DNA from: the human T2T-CHM13v2.0 reference genome, Homo sapiens
Direction: 5' to 3' (one strand)
DNA: 64,000 bases
NCBI RefSeq assembly: GCF_009914755.1
Contig: NC_060925.1
Position 1 is the first letter of the stretch; each line of letters begins with the position of its first letter. Positions 1-18,514 of this stretch are shown here, in pieces. Under the pieces are notes generated by a model that was not told the DNA's origin, searched no databases, and saw only the letters and a program-made list of their open reading frames with translations. The position numbers and the translations under genes are program-made.

Positions 1-4
1 GTAG

Positions 5-395
<391 letters not shown>

Positions 396-958
396 CACAG
401 CCACCATTTATTGAGCACCTACTGCATACCAAGCACTGACGGTAACTCTGAGAGGCTGGGATCCTGTCCCCATTTTCCAGGGGAGGAAACAGAGGCACAG
501 GACCTGCCGGGGGGGTTGCCACAGGGCAAGCCAGACCCCACTGAACCCGGCTCTGGGGTCTCCATACCTCCAAGCTTGTCGCTTCTGGGCTGCACTGCCT
601 CTTCAAGGATAACATGAGCCACTGTGTGTGTCTGGGGGTGGGAACATGGTCTGTCACCAGAGTCATTTGTCAAAAGCCAAATGCGTGGGTAGTGGGGTGG
701 AGGGGACCAAGGAGGGCCTGGCTGGAACAGCAGGTTGGGGCTGGACTAGACAGATCCTCCCAGCATGCAGGGCCCAGGGTTCTTTGATTCGACGGAATCC
801 TTCGTGAGTATCTACTACGCAACAGGTACTGTTCCAGACATGAGGGACACAGCAGCGACAAAAACAGATGGCACCTGGACTTATGGAGTGGATCCCTTGA
901 GGAGAAGGATGAAGAATAAATCCATAAATAAATACGATCATGTCTCATTTCAGATGGT

Positions 959-1230
959 TATCAGTCTTCCAGAGCTGCTGCAATAAGATAACACAAACCA
1001 GGTGCTCAAAACAACAGAAATGGATTGTCTCGCAGTTACAGAGGCTGAACGTCTGGAATCGAGGCATGGGAGGGACCTGCTTTCTCTGAAGACTTGGGGA
1101 AGAATCCTTCCTTGTCTTTTCCAGCTTTCGGTGGCCCCGGTGTTCCTTGGCTGGTGGTGGAATTGTTCATATCTCTGCCTCTGTCTTCACATGGCCTCTT
1201 CCCTGTGTCTTCTCCTCTTCTTAGAAAGAC
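959..1230 (-). mobile_element. MLT1-type MaLR LTR fragment
   Basis: Resembles the MLT1 end 'gctgc..taa...acaaac..ggtgctcaaaacaacagaaat...cagtt..agaggct'. Confidence 0.6.
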
Positions 1231-2022
1231 ATCCCATTTTACAGAGGAGGAAACTGAGACTCGGAGGGGAGAAATAACTCACCCAAGGTCACACAGCCCA
1301 GGAGTGGGGGCCAAGATGGAAGCCAACTGTGACTGATCCCCAAGTGCCGTGGGGGTACCTGGACTCTGTACTCCATGTAAGGGGAGGCTGGCCACTGATC
1401 CCCAGGCCAGGAAGACTCTCAGCCCTGGGGGTCTCTCACTGGCTAGAGTCCAGCCCCTTCTCCTGGCAGCAGCCTCCTGATTTCCTGTGGGGACCTCCTG
1501 TTCCCACTTGCTGTCTGTGTAATTTGGGAGGGCCTGACACTGCTCCCCCCACCCATCCTCCCTCCCACTCTTAAGACTCTAAGGCATGCCTGGCCACTCA
1601 GCATATTCCATTCTCCTCCAGCCATGGCGACTGGTTCAAAAATGGACATGCAACTCATGTCAGGCCAACAAGAGTCTATCCAGGAATTTTGTGGGAGAAT
1701 ATTGAAAAAGAAAAAAGAGCTCTCTTTTCATTGGGCTTTCTATGCAGAAAGACCTCTTGTCAATACGTGGGGAGAGAACGCTTGTAGACAAAGCCCTTGG
1801 AGAGGAAAACAGAGTCAAGAGATGGAGTACTGATGACATCACTTGAGAACCTGGATCCAGCCATGCCTGGAGTTCACTCCTGGTTATTTCAATGATGTGC
1901 ATCCATAAACTCCATGTATTCACTCAAGCCAACTTGGTGTCCTGACTTACACCATTTTCTTATCTGGAAAACTCTGAGGAAGGCAGTGTGAGCCACCCTC
2001 AGATAACAAGTACATAACTTCA

Positions 2023-2442
<420 letters not shown>

Positions 2443-5098
2443 CTATTCAACCTTCAAGATACAGCAGAGAATGTCACCTGTATTGTAAAGAAATTCCCTC
2501 AAAATTTGCTGCTCCCTCCTCTGCCTTCTTGTAGCTCCCCCTGCCATGCTGTTCTCCCTGGTGGTAGGGAGTGGGGGGACCTCATAGCACTCTATATTGT
2601 AAGGTCTGTCTTGGAGCCTCTGAGCTCCTTTGGATCAGGCATCATGCCTCATTCATTCATTCATTCACTCATTCATTCATTCAACAAATATTACTCAGAG
2701 CTCTGAGTCTCTACTAAGCACACGGCTCAGTGCTGTGTGCTGGGGGAGAGAAAGACTTTCCTTTCATGCAACTTTCCATTGATCTAGAGAAACTGATGAG
2801 AAAATAGTTAAAATCATGTGTGACATGATGATGGGGAAGTCAGTACAGGGACTATGGAAACGCAGGAGCCAAAGGGTGGGGCTGTACATGGGTTGCTGGG
2901 GAGAGGGGCCGGGGGACTTCCAGGCAGTATGCAAAGGCTGAGAGCCAACAAGTGCATGGCACATCCATGAAGGCAAAAAAAAATTCAGATGGCCTGGATT
3001 AGAGAGGGTGAGTGACGCAGGCAAGGCCAGACCAGGCCAAGGAGCTCAGATTCATCCTGTGAGCCTTGGACAGCTGCTGAAGGTTGTGAGTAGCAGAGAG
3101 ATGTGGTGGAGACCACGTTAGTCCCCATGTGGAGATGGGTGGGCCAAACCTGAGCAGAAGCCAGCTGGAGCCGCAGCAGGGCCCAGGCAGCTTGGACTTC
3201 GAGTGGCAGAGGGTGGAAAGAGTGGAGTGGCAGGAGCTGGCAACTGGTTGGAAAGAGCAGCATAGGGAAGGGGAAGGCGCCAAGGTGATATCCAGGTTTC
3301 CATCTTTTGCAAGCAGGAGGTTGGTGGGACATCCCTGAGAGGGAGGACACAGAGCATAAGCAGGGCGGGGGCCAGGGAAGGGGATGGCTTCAGTTTGGGG
3401 ATGTGGAGTTTGAGGAGCCTGTGGCACCTCCAGTTGGAGATGTGGATCCGTCTCTGTGTTCATACCTTTCCGGGCCTCGATGCCTGACCCTTCGTGCCGG
3501 TAAAGTCCCACCCACTCGGCAGCGTCCTTGCTCTCCCTTGGCCCCTCGCCTTTCCGTGCCACAGGGCATCCCCCTGCAGCTCTCTGAAGAACCACGTTCT
3601 CCCCGACCTTCTCATGGCCTTTGCATATGCTGTTTCCTCTATGCTTCCTGCTTTGACCCCCTTTGCCTGGCTAATTATTTGCTATATGGCATCTCCTCCA
3701 AGAAGCCTTCCTGACGTCCCCCAGCTGGGAGAATGCACACCTCAGAGCTCCCTCAGCCCTTTCTGTGGCTGCCACCACGGGGCTTCCCAGTGCGGTATGG
3801 CACTCCTGAGACACGTTAGCAGAGCACAGTGGGTAAGCGTCATGCTGTGGGGACAGGCTGTCTGCATTTAAACCCTGAGAAAGCCAGTTGACCTCTCTGT
3901 CCCTCAGTTCCTTATCCTTAGAATGGGGATAACAATAGTTCTTATCTCTCGGATTTGCTGTGAGAACTAAGTGAATCAATCCACATAAGGAACAGTGCCA
4001 GGTGCCTAGTAACTGTTCACTATTAGCTACTGTCATGGGTCCCTGCTTATCTCACCCAAGTGTCTTGGGGGTCCTTGTGGGCCAGTTCTTCCCTAGCAAA
4101 CAGCGTGGGGCTAGCACACTGGCAGAGCCCACCCAATTGCCTAGGGAAGGATGGGGGCAGTCTGGGATTGGCTTTCTTCCACCCAAATCCAACAAAAGAG
4201 ACTGCATAGAACAGTATCTGTGCAGAGGGCCAGGGTCAGGCCCATAGCTTGTTGCTAGGAGGACATGCATTGCAATCGTCTGAGCCAGCACCTGCCTCTG
4301 CCTAGCAAGGCGTCCGAATTCTCAAACACACCAGAGACTCAAAGATGGAGAGAACCCCCTCTGGTTCCTTTCTCACTGAGGCCCTGGATGCTTCTCCCCT
4401 GAGTATTTCCCACCCCTGGCTGGGTACGTGGCACACCTCCAGCATCATCTCCTAGCCCCGGGGCCTCCAGCCCATTCCTCCTTCCCTGTCCCCAGTTCCC
4501 CTTCAGGCTGAGCCCTGGTGGGGCCCCTCCTTGGCTGCTCCTTCTGGAAACTGGCTTGGATTATGCAGTTTTTGCTCAGCAAGGCTGGGAGGAGACAGAC
4601 CCTCCCATCCTCCCACAGCAGCCCCCGCCTAGCTGGCGCACAGCCCCCAGGCCACACTCTCCTTCCCATCCCCCCGAAGCCCTGTCACTCCTGGTCCTGA
4701 CAGCTCTGTCCTCAGCGACACTCTCCCTCCTACACAAACTCATTCCCTCCTCGGCCCAAGCCTGTCTCTGGGCACTGTACGTGGGAGTCCGCAGACACTT
4801 CAAACCCAGTGCATTCCCATTTATCATCTCCTCCGCAGACCTGCTCCCCGACTGCGGCCCTGTCTTGGCAGCCAGCAACAGGCATCCAGGCCCTGCCTCC
4901 CAGCCCACTGCCTTCTCTCAAACCTGCCCCTGCTCTCCTATGCCCTAGCTCCCAGCCCCTCCCTAAAAGCTGCCTCTTCACCAGCCTCACCTCCTCCCGG
5001 ATTTCCCCTCATCCAATTCATCCTCCTCAGAGTGTGACCCGGGATCCCCAAGACCTTTACAGGGAATTTTCAAGGTCAAACTTTTTTCAAAATCATAA

Positions 5099-5504
<406 letters not shown>

Positions 5505-6520
5505 TAAGCCATGTAAGTGACGATTCTTCCTCAAAAAGTTTTGAAGAGTATAGAAGGATCCTGACAGCAAAAAGTTTGAGAATCGCTGTCCTAGAATTGA
5601 TCATCAGACACATAGGTTGTGAGGACAAGGGTCTTATCGGTCTTACTCTCAATCAGGGACTAGCGCTGTGCCTGGCATTCAGCATAGTAGGCTCTGGCAC
5701 TCAACATATGCTTACTGAACAAACAAATGAAGATGTCCCTCTCCCCACCCAAACCCTTCCTTGACTCCTCACTGCCCACTGGATTCAGTCCAAGCCCCAT
5801 GGCTTTTTTAAAGTTCCCCAAAGGTGCTGTTCCCTCTTTGTCTCCAATTCTCTGCCCACTCTGTCCCTCTGCCCCAAATATCTTCCTTGTCTTTCTTCAC
5901 CTGACTATCGCCTAACTCCCTCTTCAAGATGAGAGTCAGGCATCACCTCCTCCAGGAAGTCTGCCCAGATGCCCCTCATCTGAGCTGGATGCCCCTCTGT
6001 GCTTCCATCATTCTCACACTGCCCTCTGTCAAAGCACTTCAGAGCACCTGTCACTCTCTGTTGAAGTGGTCTGTTTTGGTGTGTCTCCCCCAGAAGACTG
6101 CAAGCTCCACGCTGGTCTCTGCATCCCCACCCCTGGCATAGATCCTAGCATAGAGTAGGTGCTCAGTGAATCCTGAGTAGCCCGTGGCAGGTGGACAGAT
6201 AGTGGTAGGTCCAGAATTTCTATATAGAGGAGCTTCAAGGCAGCTATCTTGCTAGAAAGCCTGTTGGGAGATGGCTAAGGAATTTGCTGAAGTTGTAGTG
6301 ACTCAGATAGGTTAAGCCATTTGAACTCTCTGAGCCTCAGTTTGCTTACTTGTGAGATGGGGTTAACAACAATACCTCTCCTCCCTGCTTCACAGAAATG
6401 TTTTGCAAACTGTAAAGTACTGTACACATGCAAGATGTTCATTATAACTATCAGAGCTTGGAAGGGACCTGGAGATGGCATCACAGCCTTAATCTCAGGG
6501 CTGAACAAGACTTGAACAAT

Positions 6521-6957
<437 letters not shown>

Positions 6958-7707
6958 TCAGTGGGTAATCTTATCTCCCTCTATCAACTTGAGAGGCCCC
7001 AGAATCACGGAGAAACATCCCCCTCACCTGGACATCAGAAAATCTGGTTTCCATTCTGATCTGTCCCTAACCTGCTTGAAGAAGCAGCTTCTCACCTCTG
7101 CGCCTGTTTTCACAGCTGTCAAAATAAAAAGCTGGATGATAAGCTCCAAAATCTGTTTCACTATAATTGACCAATAAGCATAAGGAAAACATGTCCACAA
7201 CATCCCCAAAGGAAATACAAATTAAAACAACAATTAAATAAATAATACCCAATAAATAATACCCAATACCCAATAACACCAGAGTGATAATACCCAATGT
7301 TGGCAGGCATGAGCTGAAATGGGCACTCTTGATGTTTTTGATGGCAGTGTTAATCAATACTGTTAAATCCTGTAGCCAAAGTCTTTTAAATATGGTATGC
7401 TTATCCTTTGGCCTAGAAACTTCACCTCTAGGATTTTATCCTATGGAAATAATGAAGAAATTGACTACAGGAATGTTATTTATTATTCAAAATAGTGAGA
7501 AACAGAAAGAGAGAGAGAGAGGACACTGGTCCTGCCAAACATATACACAAGGGAATACTCTGTAGCCACTCATACTGATGATGTAGCAGTGCATTTATAG
7601 ATGTAGAAAAATATTCATGGTTGGATGGAAAAAGCAGGTTAGAAACAATAGATGCAACATATTCTTGTTAATGTTGTCTTAAAAGTGGGAAGAAAACAAG
7701 CAAGATA

Positions 7708-7797
7708 CAGGTTGAACATCCCCTGTCTGAAATGCTTAGGATCAGAAGTATTTTGGATTTTGGATTTTCAATTTTGAGATCTGGGATGCTCAACCAG
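7708..7797. mobile_element. Internally deleted Tigger4/Zombi-type MITE in an old L1M 3' fragment (about 7150-7690)
   Basis: TA|caggttgaacatccc ... gggatgctcaaccag|TA terminal inverted repeats with TA duplication. Confidence 0.75.
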
Positions 7798-7824
7798 TAT
7801 TTACTAAAATATTAAAGGTAGTTA

Positions 7825-8298
<474 letters not shown>

Positions 8299-9040
8299 TA
8301 AAGGTAGTTATCATTAGGTGCTTGAATTGCAGGAGAGAGAGAGAGAGAAAAAGAGATATCTTTTGGGGTTGTTTAGCAGTAAATGTGCGTTACTGTGAAA
8401 TAAGAGAAAAAATAGAATCGAGTCCCTTTCAGCTCTGAAATTCTGCAATGTGGGGCCCCTGCTCGGTTGCATCCTCTTTAACATCAGCTCATCTCTTTCA
8501 GCCCTGTGTGACTCATGGAAAACAGGAGTGACGGTCAAGCAGAGAGGAATGTGAACTTAGTGGGTAATGCCATAAACCTTTGGCCAGGACATAAGCAGTA
8601 GAAGCAGCCTGCATGTGTCATCCATGAGAAGGCCCCGCTGTGACTGCAGAGGCAGGAAACCAGGTGTCAGTGGAGACAAAGGAGTCCTCGGCGCGTGAAA
8701 TGGGACTTGGAGCAGGGCCCGACGGGAGGGGACAGAGGATGGCTGCCCAGCCAGACAGTCCTAACTCGGGGAATTCAGTGACCACAGCATCCCCGGGTGA
8801 CACGGCTGTGAGGCCTTCAGAGCATCACCATTCAGTCACCCCTTTTTACACTGGGGAAACTGAGGCTCAGGGAAGTAAAGCAGAAATGCCTTTAGACCTG
8901 GGCAAGAGGGGACCTGTCCTAGGCCCTGCATTTTGGGAGCAGTGCTTCTTCAACTACCTAAGGCAAAGGACCATTTTGGTTTTCAAACCTCTAATCTGTT
9001 TCAGACTGATAGTTTAATAAGAGACAATAAAAATGAATTT

Positions 9041-9600
<560 letters not shown>

Positions 9601-10399
9601 AAAAAGATAGTTTTATAACTTGCAAAGATAGTGATGCCAATATACAATGTGCTATTTTGAAATGACAGTCAATGCATCCTAAAGCAATGGTAATAAAACT
9701 TCAGGAAATGAGAGAAACATGTTCTCACTGTCTTCCAACATTTTATAAAATAATTACTTAAAAATGAACTACTAGAAAAATGAACATGAGCTTGGATGTA
9801 GCAATAATGCTGTGAGCGTTTTAAAATACTTATTTTTGGTTTCTGAGTAGTTCATGCACCAGCCACAGTCCACAGGCCCAGACCACACATGAGTAGCACA
9901 GGGACCCCCAGATCACAAACACACACAATTTATTAAAGGATACACAGATCCTTGGTCACTTGGCCCAGCACACCCCATGTAACCCTCAACATCCGCTTTC
10001 ATGACTGACACTGCTCAGGCCCCAGGAGGGAGAAGGGATTCGCTTCTCCTCTTTTCTTGCTCTATGTCCTTGACACAAAGGATGACTGCGTCCAAATGCC
10101 ACAAAGGCTGTGGGTTGTGCGGCTGCTGACAGTGCAGATGGACGCTGCTTTGGGGCACGGGGAGGCTCTGAGCAGTGTAAGAAAAGCTTTCACTCTTAGG
10201 TAAGAAAAAAGACAAATTAATTAACTTGCTAAATCCTTCCTCTAAGAGAGTTCAAATGCGGTAAATTCCCACTAGAACCAAACATCCATTTCCTTACTTC
10301 TTGTTATGTTCCAACTCCTGGTTCTGGAGGTGCTCAAAAAAGAGCATGGTGTCTGCAAGAGCTGCACAGGGCAGCTGAAGAACATTTTGCAATATTAAA

Positions 10400-11540
10400 T
10401 CTTTTATATTACTCTTAAATTTGTATATACGTAGGTCCAGCTGTAACATACTTAAACTGTGACGTCAATTACTTACGTGGCTGTTAGATCTCGATATTGC
10501 CTAGAGAGACAGTAAAAAATCATGATATATATGATATGATTTACATGAAGAACTTACAGCTTGTAACATTTTCCATAATAATCGTAATTTATTATATGCA
10601 ACCCCATTACAATGTTTGAGCTTGCTACACAAAATTCATGGCTCATTTCCTAATCTAAATATTGCTTTAAGAATTTTATTGACAATTTGTTGCTACATCC
10701 TCAACAGAGCAAGTGTTTCCAACTTGAAATTAATTAAAAACTAGCTAAGAAATACAATGACTTGCAAAAGGTTGTCTAATTTCACATTGCCATCAACGGA
10801 ACAGAAATTATGTGAGAATCTTGATTATCACCACACAATTACTATTTTGTTGAAATAAAGGCAAGAAAGACAAAATTGATGGAACAAATAATAATTTATG
10901 AATCATGTAGGCTTTTGTTTTATTACTTATTCAAATATGATCAGCCTATCAAGAAACTACCCAGACATATGCAATATGATATTCAGTCACCTTTGATAAC
11001 TTGCTGACTTTTGGCCATATAAAAACTGCAGTTTACACATATTTTCTATTTTGTTATAATAAAGGCATAGTTGCCATATTTTATTTAACTGTTTATTAGG
11101 TTTGATTTATAACTTTCATTTTATTTCATTTTTTGAGACAGGGTCTTACTCTCTTTACCCAGGCTGGAATGCGGTGACATGATCAGGGCTCACTGCAGCC
11201 TTGACTCCTGAGCTCAGGTGATCCTCCCACTTCAGCCTCCCAAATTGCTGGGACTATGGGTATGTGCCACCATGCCCAGCTATATATATACACACACACA
11301 CACACATACATACATCATACATACATACAAGCATATATATACATATATGTACACACACACACATATAAGTCACATGTCTTGAACTCCTCACCTCAAGTGA
11401 TCTACCCGCCTCAGCCTCCCAAAATGCTGAGATTACAGGCATGAGCCACTGCACCCAGTATGATTTATAACTTTTAAATATTAGATACAAACTCCATTTG
11501 TATCTTGCCCTGAACCCCACAAATGTTTGGATGGACTTGG
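10400..11540 (+). mobile_element. Decayed hAT (Tip100/Zaphod-like) transposon 3' part, interrupted by an antisense Alu (about 11130-11457) carrying a (TA)/(CA) microsatellite
   Basis: 10646-10869 translates, with frameshifts and a stop, to FPNLNIALRILLTI..SNLKLIKN*LRNTMTCKRLSNFTLPSTEQKLCENLDY, i.e. a hAT C-terminal dimerisation domain. Confidence 0.8.
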
Positions 11541-11734
11541 CCAAGGAACCAGCCCAGGACCACACAGGATTCAAATGTCTCTCATTCAAACCTGCATTTA
11601 ATGAGCCCGTACTGGTTGCTAGGTATTGGGAATTGGGTCAAGATGTGTAGTTTACAGCCCCTGTTCTTGGGAGTGCACCAGCTCATAGTGGAGCCCAGAC
11701 AGATCTAGATTCAGCCATCAGAACCCCTCTAGGA

Positions 11735-12313
<579 letters not shown>

Positions 12314-12524
12314 AGAAACCCTCTAGGAGGTGATATGTCAGAGCACTTACATACATATCATCAGGTTTTAATTCAGATGGCCCTGCACTGAGGTCTTGAG
12401 TCCATCACATCTTTACTGAGTAGACTTAGGCAAGTGTCTTCTCTTTGAGCCTTGGTTTTTTCATCTGTAAAATGGGGGTAACAACAGTATCTACATCAGA
12501 TTATGAGAATTCAATGAGATCATG

Positions 12525-13070
12525 CATGTGTTTTTGCTATGACTGTATAACAAATTATCCCCAAAATGTAGTGGTTTAAAAACAACAAACATTTATTAAA
12601 CCACAGTTTCTGTGGGTCAGGAATTCAGGAGTGGCTTTGGTTCTAGGTGAGGGTCTTTCACGTGGTTACAGTCAGAATGTCAGCAGGGCCTGCAGTCATC
12701 TAAAGTTCTGCCTGAAGCTGAAGGGCCCGCATAGCCGGTGGCTCACTCCCAGGGCTCCTGGCAAGAGGCCTCAGTTCCTTGCTAGAACCTTGCAGGAGGC
12801 CTTGTTTCTCACCACCTGGGCCTCCCAATATGTGTCCAAGAGTCCGCAAGACATGGCAGCTAACACCCCCCAATAAGAGACAGCAAGAGGAGCAAGCCAC
12901 GGCACCTTTTTATGACTTAGTCTCCAAAGTCACACGTCATCATCACTTCTACTTTATTCCATTAGTTACAAGCAAGCCACGAAGTCCAGGCCACCCTCAA
13001 GGGAAGGGAATTAGACTCCACCTTCTGAAAAGAGGAGGATTTAAGGATTTAAATAATTCAAAGCCACTAC
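12525..13070 (-). mobile_element. MLT1-type MaLR LTR
   Basis: 'tataacaaattatccccaaaatgtagtggtttaaaaacaac...cacagtttctgtgggtcaggaattcagg' signature. Confidence 0.7.
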
Positions 13071-13416
13071 AGCATGAGGTTAGCATGAGGGTAACACCTA
13101 GCAGAGCGTCCGGCCCACAGTAAGGACCATAATGATTTCCCATGCTTGCATTTCATTTGACAGTTAACAGGGTACTTTGCATCCCTTGCTGCATTTAATG
13201 TTCATAAGAGCCCTATGCTATCATTATGTCCATTTTACAGATGAGGAAACTGAGGGTTGGAGAGAAGTGACTTGCCCGTAGTCACACAAACATTTGGCAG
13301 CTCGGGGGTTGGAGCCCTGCCCATCCTCAGCCTGGTAAGGGAGCAGTGAGCCAGGCTTCTCCTGGTATTGCTTCCACATGAGATGGGAGTTCAATTTCTG
13401 CATTTTAAAGTACCTG

Positions 13417-13703
13417 GGGCTGGGCGCAGTGGCTCACACCTGTAATCCTAGCATGCTGGGAGGCCGAGGTGGGTGGATCACGAGGTCAGCAGTTCGAGAC
13501 CAGCCTGACCAACATGATGAAACCCTGTCTCTCCTAAAAATACAAAATTTAGCCGGGCGTGGTGGTGCATTCCTGTAATCCCAGCTACTTGGGAGGCTGA
13601 GGCAGGAGAATTCTTGAACCTGGGAGGTGGAGGTTGCAGGAGCTGAGATCACGCCACCGCACTCCAGCCTGGGCAACAGAGTAAGACTCCATCTCAGAAA
13701 AAT
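13417..13703 (+). mobile_element. AluS
   Basis: Full Alu dimer. Confidence 0.92.
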
Positions 13704-14319
13704 AAAAGTATTATTAATAATAAAGTACCCGGCAAGCCCGGAAGCCATGGAAAGGTAGCAGGCCACAGGCAGGGGCAGTCACTCTTCCCAGAGCAGATGA
13801 TAGGACAGGATGCCAGGGGCCTGGAGAGCACGTAGGAGGGGTGGGATGAGACAGGGTGTGGCCAGCGCAGAGAGGCCACGATTCAGGCGTGAAGTGCTGA
13901 GGGATGAGGGCGGGGAGGGCGACAGTATCTGAGCACATACTGAGGCAGGTCGGCATGTCACCTCAGCCTGGAAGGGGGTTCCAGCAGGGTGCCCAGGAGG
14001 ACAGGTGCTCTGGGGTGGAGTGGCACAGGTCAGTGGTTGACTTGGAGGGGTTCTTTGGAGATGCCCTGCCACCCCGCAAAGGAGGCAGCAAACCTTGAGA
14101 ACAAGCCCAGGGCTTCGAGGGAGGCTCACCTGGGGCCAACCCCTGAATCTACCACCTCCCAGCTGTGTGCCCTTGAGTAATCCTTAACCTCTCTGAGTCC
14201 TGTCCACCGACCTCCTCCTTGAGTCCCCCACACCCTGTAAACACACATCTATTGGGACACCCAGAACACACCGTGACACTTGTTTGTCTCCACAAGGCAG
14301 AAAAGCCCACCTCTCTGGA

Positions 14320-15330
<1,011 letters not shown>

Positions 15331-15647
15331 TGCTCAGGTCCTTGAGCACAGACCCAGGTACCTGCAGAACTGGGTGTGAATTCTGCCTCCTTCATGTGCT
15401 GCAGTGCTGTGTGATCCTGGACAAGTTATTTAGTCTCTCTCAGTCTCAATGTCCTTATCTGTAAAGGGGCTGTGATATTCTATATGTGACATTATTATAT
15501 ATGTGATACTGTTAAATTCTATATGTGATATTATTTATTATATCTCTAACTGATACATTATTATATCACCAGCCAGTGATTATTATGAAGATCAACGAAG
15601 AGTATGAGCATAAAGTCTGTTGCACAACGTATGCTACAAGGTCACTC

Positions 15648-16545
<898 letters not shown>

Positions 16546-17293
16546 CCACAAGGCCACGCTGGATAAATGCTACCTGTGGTGGTCTACTTATGCTACCTAT
16601 TAGAGGTCTGACTACCCACCAGACTGTGAATTCTTAAAGGGCAGGGACCAGGGTCTCTTCATCATCTCTGCCCCTCCCTGTCCATACCCTTTCCCCACTC
16701 CCCTTCCGCAGCACCTCATCCAGAGCTCCCCTCTTTGTCTGGCTTCCTTCTGAGGTCAGACAGGTGCCAAGTTGTTCAGCTTTGGTGCCGCCCACCCCCA
16801 GGGCCTAGCTCAGGCTGGGCCAACTCAGGCTTAGCAAACATTTTCAGCCCATGAGGCAGTTGGTGGTTCAGCAATCGATTGCCCCAGGGTGGGTGGGAGT
16901 GGAAAGAGAAGCAAGTTCTGGGCTGGGAGACAGACGACCTGCTGGTAACTGTCTGCTGTGGTGGCTGGGTTACTTTCCCTCTCTAGGCCTCAGCATCCCA
17001 ACTGTAAAATAGGCAGGTCAAACCTGATGAATGTCAGAGCTCTTCTATAGCGTCTATACTGCTGGGGAGATGAGGGCCCCTGACCAGCCAGGATCTGCTC
17101 AAAGGTGGGAGGACAACAGACACACCCCTCCTGTACACACACACTCAGGCATGAAATGGGTGCATTCGTATGTGCCTCTATCACGGGGTTGTTGTAAGCC
17201 CTCAGTGAGCTAATAAAAGGCTCAGAACAGTTCCCAGCTCCTGCTGTAGGTCCTCTCCAAGCATTTGCTGTTATATTACTCTTTGCTGTTGTA

Positions 17294-17302
17294 GTGTGTG
17301 TA

Positions 17303-17341
<39 letters not shown>

Positions 17342-17370
17342 GTATATATAAGTATATATGTATATATATA
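17294..17370. repeat. (TG)n/(TA)n compound microsatellite
   Basis: Direct reading. Confidence 0.92.
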
Positions 17371-17825
17371 AAAATTTGCTGTTATATTGTGTATACAAAA
17401 AATATTATTACATTACATGAATTATTGTTGTATTTATTCCATACGGAGCAAGTAGATGAAGAGGCAAGCATTGGTATGATTGAGCTGAGTCCCAGGCCTT
17501 TACCAGACTTTATCTCATTCAATCCCCCCATCAACTCTATGAGGGTACAATCATTGTCCCCCATGTCACAGATGAGGAGACTGAGCCTTAGAGGGGTAAA
17601 ATGGCTCACCCAAGGTCACACAGCCACCAAGTGGTGGAGCAGGGATTTGAACCCAGTTCTGATTCCAAAACCACCGCCCTTTCTCCTGTGCCTCACTGGC
17701 TTCTTGGAGAAGAATTATTAAGCTCTGCATCCTGTGGCTGGGTTCCCTTCAGGGTGACCAGTCTAATCTCCCCTCTGTTAGTAAAACCTACCCCTAGACT
17801 CTCTCTAGAAGTTCTAGTCCCAGGC

Positions 17826-18514
17826 AAACAACAGATGCCGGGGAGGATGTGGAGAAATAGGAACGCTGCTTTTACACTGTTGGTAGGAGTGTAAATTAGT
17901 TCAACCATTGTGGAAGACAGTGTGGCAATTCGTCAAGGATATAAAACCAGAAATACCATTTGAGCCAGCAATCCCATTACCGGGTATATACCCAAAGGAT
18001 TATAAATCATTCTCCTATAAAGACACATGCACACGTATGTTTATTGCAGCACTATTTACAATAACAAAGACTTGGAACCAACCAAATGCCTATCAATGAT
18101 AGACTAGATAAAGAAAATGTGGTACATATACACCATGGAATACTATGCAGCCATAAAAAAATGAGTTCATGTCCTTTGTAGGGATGTGGATGAAGCTGGA
18201 AACCATCATTCTCAGCAAACTAACACAGGAAGAGAAAACCAAACACCGCATCTTCTCACTCATAAATGGGAGCTGAACAATGAGAACACATGGACACAAG
18301 GAGGGGAACATCACACACCAGGGCCTGTTGGGGGGTGCGGGGAAAGGGGAGGGAGAGCATTAGGACAAATACCTAATGCATGCGGAGCTTAAAACCTAGA
18401 TGACGGGTTGATAGATGCAGGAAACCACCATAGCACATGTATAACTATGTAACAAACCTGCACGTTCAGCACATGTATCCCAGAACTTAAAGTAAAATAA
18501 TAAATTAATAAATA
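17826..18514 (+). mobile_element. 5'-truncated L1PA (L1PA7/8-like): ORF2 C-terminus and 3' UTR
   Basis: WKTVW..IPF..AIPL.GIYPKDYKS ORF2 remnant, L1 3' UTR and A-rich tail. Exact 19-bp TSD agaagttctagtcccaggc at 17807-17825 and 18515-18533. Confidence 0.93.

Noticed and set aside
2999-3595. 198-aa minus-strand ORF
   Set aside because: It overlaps decayed L2-like sequence and shows no protein-family resemblance.
10000-10205. Possible unannotated exon ending at cttag|gtaaga (about 10199)
   Set aside because: A donor-like motif alone is not enough; there is no convincing ORF or partner exon.
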